From contig CBDBCY010000004.1 of assembly GCA_965203555.1 (NCBI GenBank), positions 2,944,001-3,008,000 of the forward strand: 64,000 bases of DNA. Reading direction: 5' to 3'. The stretch is from Acidimicrobiia bacterium. GTDB lineage: Bacteria > Actinomycetota > Acidimicrobiia > Spongiisociales > ZC4RG35. Of this stretch, positions 28,417 through 36,792 are shown piece after piece. The notes under the pieces were generated by a model. It was not told the DNA's origin and ran no database searches. It saw nothing but the letters and a program-made list of their open reading frames with translations. Both the position numbers and the translations under genes were made by a program. The first letter of the stretch is position 1; each line of letters begins with the position of its first letter.

Positions 28417-31176
28417 CTAGAAACCGTACTTCAGTCGGCGCAGACGAAACGCTTCGTCGCCGCCGTCGACGGTCTGGACGATGGCGTCCCGCACCGCGGG
28501 ATCTTCAATGGCCCCTGAACGGGCGATCTCGCCCCGGTGTGCCGTAGCCTCCAACTGAATCACCTGGTCGGCGTCACCATTGACGACGATGTTGGCGTTG
28601 TGTGTGGCTACGATGATCTGCCTGCGTCCCTTCAGCCGCTTCAACGCAGGAAGCAGTGTCTCGAACAGGAACCGATTGTCCAATTCGTCCTCGGGTTGAT
28701 CTATCACGAGCGGACGTTCGTCATGGGTTTCCAGGAGCAAGGCGAGCAGCAGGCTCACCCGTTGTCCGCCGGAGAGTTCTTGCATCGGACGATGGATGTC
28801 GTCGTCCAACTTGAATTCCAGCAGGTACTGATCGGGGCAGCGAAGGGCCGCCAACTCGCGCCGTCTCGACGGGTTGATCTGCAATTGGAACGTCTCCTGT
28901 ACTTTGTCACTCATGCCGGTCTCCTCTAAGTGACCGGTGCGTAGCTTCTTAAGCAGACTGGTGGAACCGGGACGGGCGTCCGTCGGCAACTCGTTCCACC
29001 ATCGTGTGATCCCTCTTTGGCTCAAGGCCCTGACAAAACGATCCAGTGGTTCTTTTCGGCCTTCATCGATCCGGCGTGCGGCTATTCGTCCATCGAACTG
29101 TGAGTGGATCCTTTCGATTACGCGATCGAATGCCTGTCTTTGTTCGGTGATGAGGTGCTGTCGTTCATCGAGCAACCCGGCGAACAAATGTCCGGATTTG
29201 TCCGAGGTTTCGCGGGTCTGGTCAAGATTGGCCTGGTAGCTCCCCAGAAGTGACGCCTGGACGTTCAACTCTTGGAGTTGATTGATTCTCGCCCCGTCGA
29301 GGCCCTTTTCTGCGAGGTTCCGGTTTACCTGCACGCGAACGCCGCGCTGGTGGTCTTCCAAGGTTTGAGCTACCAACCGGATGGCGGTGTTCGTCGCGAT
29401 CAGACCGTTCTTTGCGGATCTCAGCGAGACGCCGACCTCGTTGAATCGGCGGCGAAAGTTCGTCTCGTCCTGGTTTTCTCCCGAGGTGGCCAGCGTGTCG
29501 GCAAGGTAATCGTCGATCTCCGGCAGTTCTGTGATAGCGGTGGATTTCAGAAGCCTGTCCACATCCTTCACCAACCTGGTCACTGCTTTTTCTGAATCCC
29601 GCCAGCGGCGCAGATCGCTGGATACACGGTTCAGGTTCTCCACGCCGGCCTCCGAGAATTCGGCGAGTTCCCTGGCCGCTGTTTGGCTACGCTGAAAAGC
29701 CTGCTCGGCATCTGCGAGATCATCGTCGAGCTTGGCAAGATGGCGGACGATTCGGTTCAACTCCTCGTCAAGTTCGTTCAAACGTTTTCGACGGGCCTCG
29801 ATTTCCTGTGTCTCAGATGCCACCAGCCGGGCAAGAATTCCTTCCACGGCCTCGGGATTTTGAGCCAGCTGCTGAAGTTCGGTTTGTGTGTGGAACACCG
29901 CAGGCCATTGCTCATACGGCGCTGCTGTTGGATCCCTGCCGGGGCACTCGAGAACGACCTTTGCAGAGCCGCCGAGAAAACGGTCCCTGCCGCGCGCTTC
30001 GACCTGCTTCTTCAAGTCGGCTTTTTGCGGCAGAGGCGCCCCGACACGTACCCTCAAACCATCGAGGAAAGTGCTCTTGCCGGTCATACTGCCGCCTATA
30101 ACGCAGGTCAGATCGGGGCTGAGATCGAAACGGGTATCGGGGTCGCCAAAGAAGGATGCTTTGCCGGAGACTGTTGCGGACTTCAGCCACGGGCGCCGGT
30201 GCATCGTCACATCGGGAGGATTAGAGATTTCGGTGAGGTTTCCGTTAGCGCAACGTTCGTGCCCGATGCGGGTCCGCGAGTCGCTGGCGATGAACGCTTG
30301 TCGCAGTGCCTCTATTCTCGGGCTGGCCAGCTTGAGCCATGTATGGCGTTTCCCGATCTCATCCACCGTGTAGGCGTCGCTGGCATGAAAAAACGCCTGA
30401 CGGTGTTCGGACATCTTTTCATCCAGCGCCGCCCGGTTCCGCAGTGCCTCTTTGGGTAGCTTGTCGTCGCCAAGTTCGAGACCCGCCACCTGATCATGTG
30501 GGAACTTAGCCAGTACTTGGGCTTTCAGAGTTCTCAGCAGACCCTTATCCGTGTCTATGTGGGGCGCAAGGGCGATGTAGCTCCATTGAGATTCGCCATC
30601 TGCGGTCCTGGGAGACTCGCTTCTATGGAAATCCTGAAGAGCGCCAAACGCTTCATCGGCGCTCCTGTTGGACATCGCAAGCTGGTTGGTAGGCCACGGC
30701 GACACACCGCCCATGACGAGATCGAAGGCCTTCAGATAGCGGAGGCGGCCGATCTCCGGGTCGAACAGGAAGAGCATATGCAGCCCTTTCCTGCCTTCCT
30801 TGAGCGACGACTCAAAGCCAGGAAAAACCGCGTAGATCTGTTCCCGAAAAGGTGTGCCGTCTTCATCGACGCCATTGTTCCACTCCTCCACGATTCCCCA
30901 CACCGCACTGGTTTCTGCTGCGGCGCCTATACGAGGTGAGTGCGGAGTGAGGCCAAGCACCCGGACGCCGCGATCTATGGCGCTTTGCAGAAAGCACCGG
31001 GCATAGGCGGAAATCGTTTTCTCTGACTCTTTGGGGCCGGTAACCCCAGGTGGCATCTTCGCCTTACCGCCCGGCAGGTCGTCCACAGTATGAACGTGCA
31101 GGTCGGCTTTGAACCACCGTGTGCCTGGAACATCCCGTTTCCAGCTATCCGCTTGTTGTCGTGTAAACGGCATCAT
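28417..31176 (-). CDS. PHP-domain plus coiled-coil SMC/ABC-type ATPase (Ppl/TrlF-like), putative defence protein
   Basis: WFKADLHVHT (PHP), Walker A GGSMTGKST, long coiled coil, LSGGQR signature, LVIDQPEDELDN, ATHNAN, DGG-x-x-AF C-terminus. Confidence 0.85.
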   Translation of the reverse strand: MMPFTRQQADSWKRDVPGTRWFKADLHVHTVDDLPGGKAKMPPGVTGPKESEKTISAYARCFLQSAIDRGVRVLGLTPHSPRIGAAAETSAVWGIVEEWNNGVDEDGTPFREQIYAVFPGFESSLKEGRKGLHMLFLFDPEIGRLRYLKAFDLVMGGVSPWPTNQLAMSNRSADEAFGALQDFHRSESPRTADGESQWSYIALAPHIDTDKGLLRTLKAQVLAKFPHDQVAGLELGDDKLPKEALRNRAALDEKMSEHRQAFFHASDAYTVDEIGKRHTWLKLASPRIEALRQAFIASDSRTRIGHERCANGNLTEISNPPDVTMHRRPWLKSATVSGKASFFGDPDTRFDLSPDLTCVIGGSMTGKSTFLDGLRVRVGAPLPQKADLKKQVEARGRDRFLGGSAKVVLECPGRDPTAAPYEQWPAVFHTQTELQQLAQNPEAVEGILARLVASETQEIEARRKRLNELDEELNRIVRHLAKLDDDLADAEQAFQRSQTAARELAEFSEAGVENLNRVSSDLRRWRDSEKAVTRLVKDVDRLLKSTAITELPEIDDYLADTLATSGENQDETNFRRRFNEVGVSLRSAKNGLIATNTAIRLVAQTLEDHQRGVRVQVNRNLAEKGLDGARINQLQELNVQASLLGSYQANLDQTRETSDKSGHLFAGLLDERQHLITEQRQAFDRVIERIHSQFDGRIAARRIDEGRKEPLDRFVRALSQRGITRWWNELPTDARPGSTSLLKKLRTGHLEETGMSDKVQETFQLQINPSRRRELAALRCPDQYLLEFKLDDDIHRPMQELSGGQRVSLLLALLLETHDERPLVIDQPEDELDNRFLFETLLPALKRLKGRRQIIVATHNANIVVNGDADQVIQLEATAHRGEIARSGAIEDPAVRDAIVQTVDGGDEAFRLRRLKYGF

Positions 31177-31264
31177 TCAGTTTCCGAGCAGATGATTCCC
31201 CTCATGAATGGTAGATAACGCTATGGTCGCTGCCAGGTGGATAGATCCAGAGACCCTTCCGGCG

Positions 31265-31699
31265 TTAGTGCGTATCGACGTGTACCGGGTCGCCGACTCG
31301 GATCATCCCTCCTTTGACTACCAGGGCAGCGATTCCCGACCTTCCGGCGAGAGCCTCTCTGGCCTGAGGTCCGACTGTCTCGTGCATCCGCCCGCACGGG
31401 GGGCAGTCCCGCCATACCGACAGGGTCGCATCGCCGATCCGGATCAGCGTTCCGGTGGTGCGTGGCAGGCGATCGGCGTCCACCGTGATGTTGCGGCGGG
31501 TGGCGCCGGGTCTGATCGAGTATCCCAATTGCTCGGCGGCCGCGGCCAACTCACCCTCGGCCACCAATGTCACGTTGCGGGTGGTTCCCAGGTAGCGGTC
31601 GCCTTCCAAGCCCTGTCCCTCCACCGCCAGCACCTCGGAGACCTCGGTCACCTCGCCGCGGTGGGCGGAGGCCAGGTGGAGGTGGGTTACCGAAGGCAT
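31265..31699 (-). CDS. MOSC-domain protein
   Basis: GLEGDRY, RNVTL, RRNITV, C-x-P-C-x-x-M, GI-x-A-x-V-x-x-GG-x-IRVGD. Confidence 0.88.
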   Translation of the reverse strand: MPSVTHLHLASAHRGEVTEVSEVLAVEGQGLEGDRYLGTTRNVTLVAEGELAAAAEQLGYSIRPGATRRNITVDADRLPRTTGTLIRIGDATLSVWRDCPPCGRMHETVGPQAREALAGRSGIAALVVKGGMIRVGDPVHVDTH

Positions 31700-31703
31700 C
31701 GTC

Positions 31704-34700
31704 CTAGCTGCAACCGAGAGAGGCGCCGCAGTTGAGGCAGCGGTAGCAACTCCCGTTGCGGACGGTGATGTGCCCGCACTCGTCGCACATGGGGGCGTCG
31801 CCCATCATCTGGCTGAGAGCGACCTGGGATGGGGAAGTTGACACCGCCGCGCCCTGGGCGAGAATCTCGCCTAGCGGATCACCGGGTGAGGTGAACTGGA
31901 GGTGGGGAGACTCCACGAAGGCGGCGGCCCCTTGGACCGCCTCCACGTTGCTCTCCTCTCGAGCGGCATCGAGAGTGGGCTGCGTTCCCCGATCGCTCAC
32001 CGACGGATGGGGCTCTTCGGGAAGCTCTCTCGGACTGGAAGGCCTGACTTGACCGAGATCCTCGCGGCCCAGGTACTCGATGGCCAGCGCGCGGAATATG
32101 TAGTCCACCATGGAGGAGGCCATCTTGATGTTGGGATGGTTCTGCACCATACCACGGGGCTCGAAGGTCTGGTATAGGAAGGTGTCCACGAACTCTTCCA
32201 GGGGCACTCCGTACTGCAGGCCCTTGGAAACCGCGATAGCAAAGCAGGACAGAATCCCACGTAACGTGGCGCCTTCCTTGGCCAGGTCGATGAACAACTC
32301 GCCGAGCGTGCCGTCCTCGTATTCACCCGTGCGGATGAAGAGTTTGTGTCCGCCCACCCGGGCTTCCCGAGTCCAGCCGCGCCGACGGGAGGAAAGAAGG
32401 AACCTGGGGGGGTTCATTCCGGATGCGTATGCCTGGGCGGGTGAGGTGCCTGCTGGCAGAGAGCCGTAAGCCAGACGCTGTTCGATGCCGAGCGCCTCCT
32501 CCAAGGCCGGGTCGTCCTCTCCGGAAGAGTCCTCGCTGGCCGAGGAGAGAGGCTGGGAGGCCTTGGAGCCGTCCCGGTAGAGCGCGATAGCCTTCAGCCC
32601 CGACTTCCAAGAGAGATGATAGGCGGACTTGATGTCGTCGGGGTCCACCTCATTTGGCATGTTGATGGTCTTGGAGATGGCGCCGGAGATGAAAGGCTGG
32701 GCGGCGGCCATCATCCGGATGTGCCCGTTGTGGTGGATGAACCGTTTGCCGCGGCGGCCGTTGCGGTTGGCGGTGTCGAACACCGGCAGATGCTCCTCTC
32801 TCAAATGGGGAGCGCCTTCAATGGTCTGATGACCGCAGATGTAGTCGCTGGCGGAGTCGATCTGGGCTGGGGTGAATCCCAGGAAAGACAGCAAGTCGAA
32901 GTCGAGCCGCTGGTACTGGTCAGGTTCCACACCAAGTCGGCGGAGGGTATCCTCGCCCACCGCCAGAGCGTTGAAGGCATGGCGCAGTTCGAATACCTCC
33001 GGTAACGAGGCTTCGATACGATCCAGATCAGCGTCTGTGAAACCATGGGCCCGCAGGCTTCGTCGGTTGATGTGGGGAGCGCCTTCCAGGGAAGAAGCGC
33101 CCATCACATATTCGATGATGTCCTGCTTCTCCAGCGAACCGTAGCCGAGTGAGTCGAGAGCGGGACCAACCGACTGGTTGACAATCTTGAAGTAACCGCC
33201 TCCGGCCAACTTCTTGTATTTGACCAAGGCGAAGTCGGGCTCCACACCGGTGGTGTCACAATCCATCAAGAGACCGATCGTGTTGTGTGAAACGAAACCG
33301 TTGGCCACGTAGGTGACATTGTCGGGAACCGACAGATCATAGGTCAACTGCTCCTCGTCCAAATCGGCGGTCTGAACCCGGTCGTAGAAGTAGCAGAGCA
33401 ACCAGGCCAGTTCAGCATCGCCAGTACGTTCCAGAAGTTCTCGCGCAGAACGTCGCGACACCATACCGTTTCTCGCTAGGGACGCCAACATAATTCGCCG
33501 CAAGCGGCCGTTATCTGGAACCAGCCGGTCTATCAGGGAGCGGGACACCGGGATGTGGTTATGGCGGGAGGCCTGGGCGATGCTGGTCGAGGCCAGGGCG
33601 GTCTGCTTGCGGTCGCTCATGAAACCGATCTCCTCAGCAAAACGCTTCGAGTATCCGAGGTTGAGGGTCCGAAGCACCGCTAGGGGTGAACCGCTCCAGC
33701 CGGTCCGATCCATCTTGCGAGTAGTGGGATAGCCCAGCGCCAGCAGGAGTGACTGAACATCATGGCTGAACTCGATCGAGGTGCTCGACCAGTGCGGATA
33801 ACCGCCATTGACGGTGCCATCGGCTTCGAACAGGCCCCGGACGAAGGCCCGGTAGGTTACGGGGTCGTTGGAGGCGAGGATGGCATCGGGGATATGTGGA
33901 TGCCATCCCTTGCCGGTATGGCCCTCAGCAGGAGCCAACTTGGCGAAACCACAGGCTTCCCACCATAAGGTCAACGGAACCGAGTGGAAGGCAACTTCGG
34001 AGTATCCGGTTTTCTCGGTTACGTGAGCTTGTAGGTTGAACAGTTCTTTACCTAGCATCAGGAGCCGCTCCAAGACTTCAAAATCGCCTGCGGCTACACA
34101 CAAGCGCAAACCTTTGGCGTGTAGGGAACCGTCTCCCATGAAGTAGCCGACGAACTCAGCCAAATCGGGACTCATGATCTTGGGTACCCTGGTCGTGAAA
34201 TCACCCGTCCAGTGCATCTCGCCCAAGGGCGGCAGAAGTACCCGGCGCGGAGCACCCACGAGTTGGTTCATCTGTAGGGGAACCAGATCACCGGTCGCTA
34301 TCTCACCGAACCGTCTCCAAACCCAGTCACCGGTCTGGGGATCGACCACCTTGATGCGGTGCGTAGGCGTGCCCTGGATGCGGTATCCCCGGCCGGTGGT
34401 GACCGTCACCACTGGCTCCACCCCGTTTATGTAAAAGTGGGTGGCGGTTCGGGGACCTTCATCGGTTCCGACGGAGACACCGAGGTCTTGCCACCGGGCG
34501 CCTTCAGAGTTTCCCAGGGATTCCAGCCGCACGAGCCCGCGCTCGGTGGGGATAAGAGATCCGCCCACCAGGCAGCCGGTGGGCGCCAGAACGCTCAGCT
34601 GGGCGTTTCGGTATCCATGGCGGGCACCTATCTCCAAGGCGCTGTCCCATGCTTCGCGGGCGGCCTGTGCCAGATCCGGTGGGCAATGGCGACGGCTGAT

Positions 34701-36365
34701 TCCGGCTACCGCCTGGGAGACTCCTTCGTAATCCGACATGGGGGAGTCGTAGGCGGCGCGCCGATGGTTGCGGATCACTCTCAGCATGGCGTCTCTATTC
34801 TCCTCGAATCGGGAGAAGGTTCCCACCACCGAGGCCATCTCCGCCGAGGTGGCGTAGCCGTGTCCGGTGAGGATGGAAGTAAGCGCCCCGGCGATGGCCC
34901 GACCTTTGGGGGAATCGTAGGGGATTCCCTTTCTCATCAGAAGCGACCCGAGGTTGGCGTAGCCCAATCCCAGGGTGCGGTAGTCGTATGAGCCTTGGGC
35001 GATCGCTTGGGACGGGAAGTGGGCCATGGCCACCGAGATCTCCAGAACGATCGTCCACAGCCGGACGGCATGCAGATAACTGTCTATATCGAAGGCGCCG
35101 GTGCGGTCGTCATAGAAGGCGACAAGGTTTAAGGAGGCCAGGTTGCAGGCGGTGTTGTCCAGGAACATGTACTCCGAACAGGGATTGGAGCCGCGGATGC
35201 GCCCGCCTTCGGGGCAGGTGTGCCATTCGTTGATGGTGGTGTCGAACTGCACCCCCGGGTCCGCACAGGCCCAGGCTGCGTCGGCGATGCTGTTCCACAG
35301 GCGCTCGGCGGAGACGGTTCGCATAACCTTGCCGGTGGTGCGTTCGGTGAGGGTCCAGTCGTCTCCGGCCTCCACTGCTTTGATGAAAGCGTCGGTTACT
35401 CGAACCGAGTTGTTGGAATTCTGTCCCGAGATGGTGGCGTAGGCCTCGCCGTTGAAGTCGGCCGCAAAGCCACCTTTTTCGATCAGAATCCGGGCTTTGT
35501 CCTCCTCGGCCTTCTTCCAGTTGATGAACTCCTCCACATCGGGGTGATCGATGTCCAGAATCACCATCTTGGCGGCGCGCCGGGTGGTTCCGCCCGACTT
35601 GATGGCGCCGGCCGCCCGGTCGCCGATCTTCAGAAAAGACATCACTCCCGAAGAACTTCCCCCACCCGACAGCTTTTCTCCTTCCGCCCGGATAGCCGAG
35701 AAGTTAGAGCCGGCGCCTGATCCGAACTTGAAGATGCGGGCTTCCCGGAGCCACAGGTCCATGATCCCTCCCGGGTTGACCAAGTCGTCCTCCACCTTGA
35801 GGATGAAGCAGGCATGAGGCGCTGGCCTGGAATATGAGTCGGGGGAGACGGTCATCTTCTCGGTCTGCGGATCAACATACCAAAAGCCCTGCGCCGGTCC
35901 GGTCAGTCCGTATGCCCAGTTGAGACCGGTATTGAACCATTGGGGGGAGTTGGGAGCGGCCATCTGATGGCAGAGCATGTATTTGAGCTCATCTTCAAAG
36001 GCTTGAGCATCCTGCTCGGAGGCGAAATATCCGCTCTTCTCTCCCCACCATCTCCATGTTCCGGCGAGCCGATCGAAGACCTGCCGGGCAGAGCGTTCCG
36101 AGCCCATCCGGGCCTGATGGTTCTCATCCAGCAGAGTTCCGTTCGTATCGTGGAGAGGCACCCCTGCCTTGCGAAAGTACTTGGAGACCATGATGTCGGC
36201 CGCCACCTGCGACCAGCCCACCGGGATTTCGGCGTCCTTCATCTCGAAAACCACTGAGCCGTCAGGATTTGTTATCCGGGTGTCCCGTTTGCCCCAGGCC
36301 ACGGTGTCGTAGGGATTCTCTCCGGCACGCGTGAAGCGCCGGTCCATCTTGAGTCCTTTGCTCAC
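31704..36365 (-). CDS. nrdJ: Adenosylcobalamin-dependent (class II) ribonucleotide reductase containing an intein
   Basis: APNSPQWFN, PHACFI, IKSGGTTRRAAKM, SNPCSEY, ACNLASLN, APTG/T, GAISKTINMP, YRDGSK, TSCPD-like region and C-terminal CxxC..CxxC. Confidence 0.95.
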   Translation of the reverse strand: MSKGLKMDRRFTRAGENPYDTVAWGKRDTRITNPDGSVVFEMKDAEIPVGWSQVAADIMVSKYFRKAGVPLHDTNGTLLDENHQARMGSERSARQVFDRLAGTWRWWGEKSGYFASEQDAQAFEDELKYMLCHQMAAPNSPQWFNTGLNWAYGLTGPAQGFWYVDPQTEKMTVSPDSYSRPAPHACFILKVEDDLVNPGGIMDLWLREARIFKFGSGAGSNFSAIRAEGEKLSGGGSSSGVMSFLKIGDRAAGAIKSGGTTRRAAKMVILDIDHPDVEEFINWKKAEEDKARILIEKGGFAADFNGEAYATISGQNSNNSVRVTDAFIKAVEAGDDWTLTERTTGKVMRTVSAERLWNSIADAAWACADPGVQFDTTINEWHTCPEGGRIRGSNPCSEYMFLDNTACNLASLNLVAFYDDRTGAFDIDSYLHAVRLWTIVLEISVAMAHFPSQAIAQGSYDYRTLGLGYANLGSLLMRKGIPYDSPKGRAIAGALTSILTGHGYATSAEMASVVGTFSRFEENRDAMLRVIRNHRRAAYDSPMSDYEGVSQAVAGISRRHCPPDLAQAAREAWDSALEIGARHGYRNAQLSVLAPTGCLVGGSLIPTERGLVRLESLGNSEGARWQDLGVSVGTDEGPRTATHFYINGVEPVVTVTTGRGYRIQGTPTHRIKVVDPQTGDWVWRRFGEIATGDLVPLQMNQLVGAPRRVLLPPLGEMHWTGDFTTRVPKIMSPDLAEFVGYFMGDGSLHAKGLRLCVAAGDFEVLERLLMLGKELFNLQAHVTEKTGYSEVAFHSVPLTLWWEACGFAKLAPAEGHTGKGWHPHIPDAILASNDPVTYRAFVRGLFEADGTVNGGYPHWSSTSIEFSHDVQSLLLALGYPTTRKMDRTGWSGSPLAVLRTLNLGYSKRFAEEIGFMSDRKQTALASTSIAQASRHNHIPVSRSLIDRLVPDNGRLRRIMLASLARNGMVSRRSARELLERTGDAELAWLLCYFYDRVQTADLDEEQLTYDLSVPDNVTYVANGFVSHNTIGLLMDCDTTGVEPDFALVKYKKLAGGGYFKIVNQSVGPALDSLGYGSLEKQDIIEYVMGASSLEGAPHINRRSLRAHGFTDADLDRIEASLPEVFELRHAFNALAVGEDTLRRLGVEPDQYQRLDFDLLSFLGFTPAQIDSASDYICGHQTIEGAPHLREEHLPVFDTANRNGRRGKRFIHHNGHIRMMAAAQPFISGAISKTINMPNEVDPDDIKSAYHLSWKSGLKAIALYRDGSKASQPLSSASEDSSGEDDPALEEALGIEQRLAYGSLPAGTSPAQAYASGMNPPRFLLSSRRRGWTREARVGGHKLFIRTGEYEDGTLGELFIDLAKEGATLRGILSCFAIAVSKGLQYGVPLEEFVDTFLYQTFEPRGMVQNHPNIKMASSMVDYIFRALAIEYLGREDLGQVRPSSPRELPEEPHPSVSDRGTQPTLDAAREESNVEAVQGAAAFVESPHLQFTSPGDPLGEILAQGAAVSTSPSQVALSQMMGDAPMCDECGHITVRNGSCYRCLNCGASLGCS
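33282..34574 (-). mobile_element. Intein (431 aa) with LAGLIDADG homing endonuclease in nrdJ
   Basis: Interrupts APTG|TIG. Begins CLVGGSLI, block B GTPTH, LAGLIDADG-like motifs FVGYFMGDGS and FVRGLFEADG, ends TYDLSV...YVANGFVSHN followed by +1 Thr. Confidence 0.95.
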
Positions 36366-36420
36366 TCGCCTGCCTCCTCCTCTTTTCGTAGATTCTCGTG
36401 TCTGGTTGCCCGGAGACGAA

Positions 36421-36470
36421 CCGGGATCGCCCTCCAGTGGGGAATTACATTAATGTAACATCGATCCCGG
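36421..36470. promoter_or_regulatory. Nested inverted repeats upstream of nrdJ
   Basis: Perfect 14-bp palindrome TTACATTAATGTAA (36445-36458) lying between CCGGGATCG (36421-36429) and CGATCCCGG (36462-36470). Confidence 0.4.
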
Positions 36471-36792
36471 CGCCGGCAAAGCCTTTCGACTGGGAGCCTA
36501 TAGCCTGGAACACCCGGATCAGATTGAATTCTGGTGGACTTCGCTCTTCGACGAGGAAGGTTGGCTGCCGGGTTTCCCAAGGGCGTACATCCTGCTCTAG
36601 CTGGTGTTTGTCGAGAGGACACCCGCCGGTCTGTTCACAATGTCATTTTTTTCACAGGGTTGGCCGTTTTTTCCCGCTTTGGAGAGAGGAACCCTGGGAA
36701 AGATTGCAAAGAGAGGATATGTGTCGGAGAAGGAGACTTGGGCGGAAGGCGCCGGAGATGTACCTCCGGCGGGGGTGTAGACTAGGAAGCTG

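Noticed and set aside
36366-36792. NrdR boxes or cobalamin riboswitch upstream of nrdJ
   Set aside because: No convincing match to either consensus by eye.
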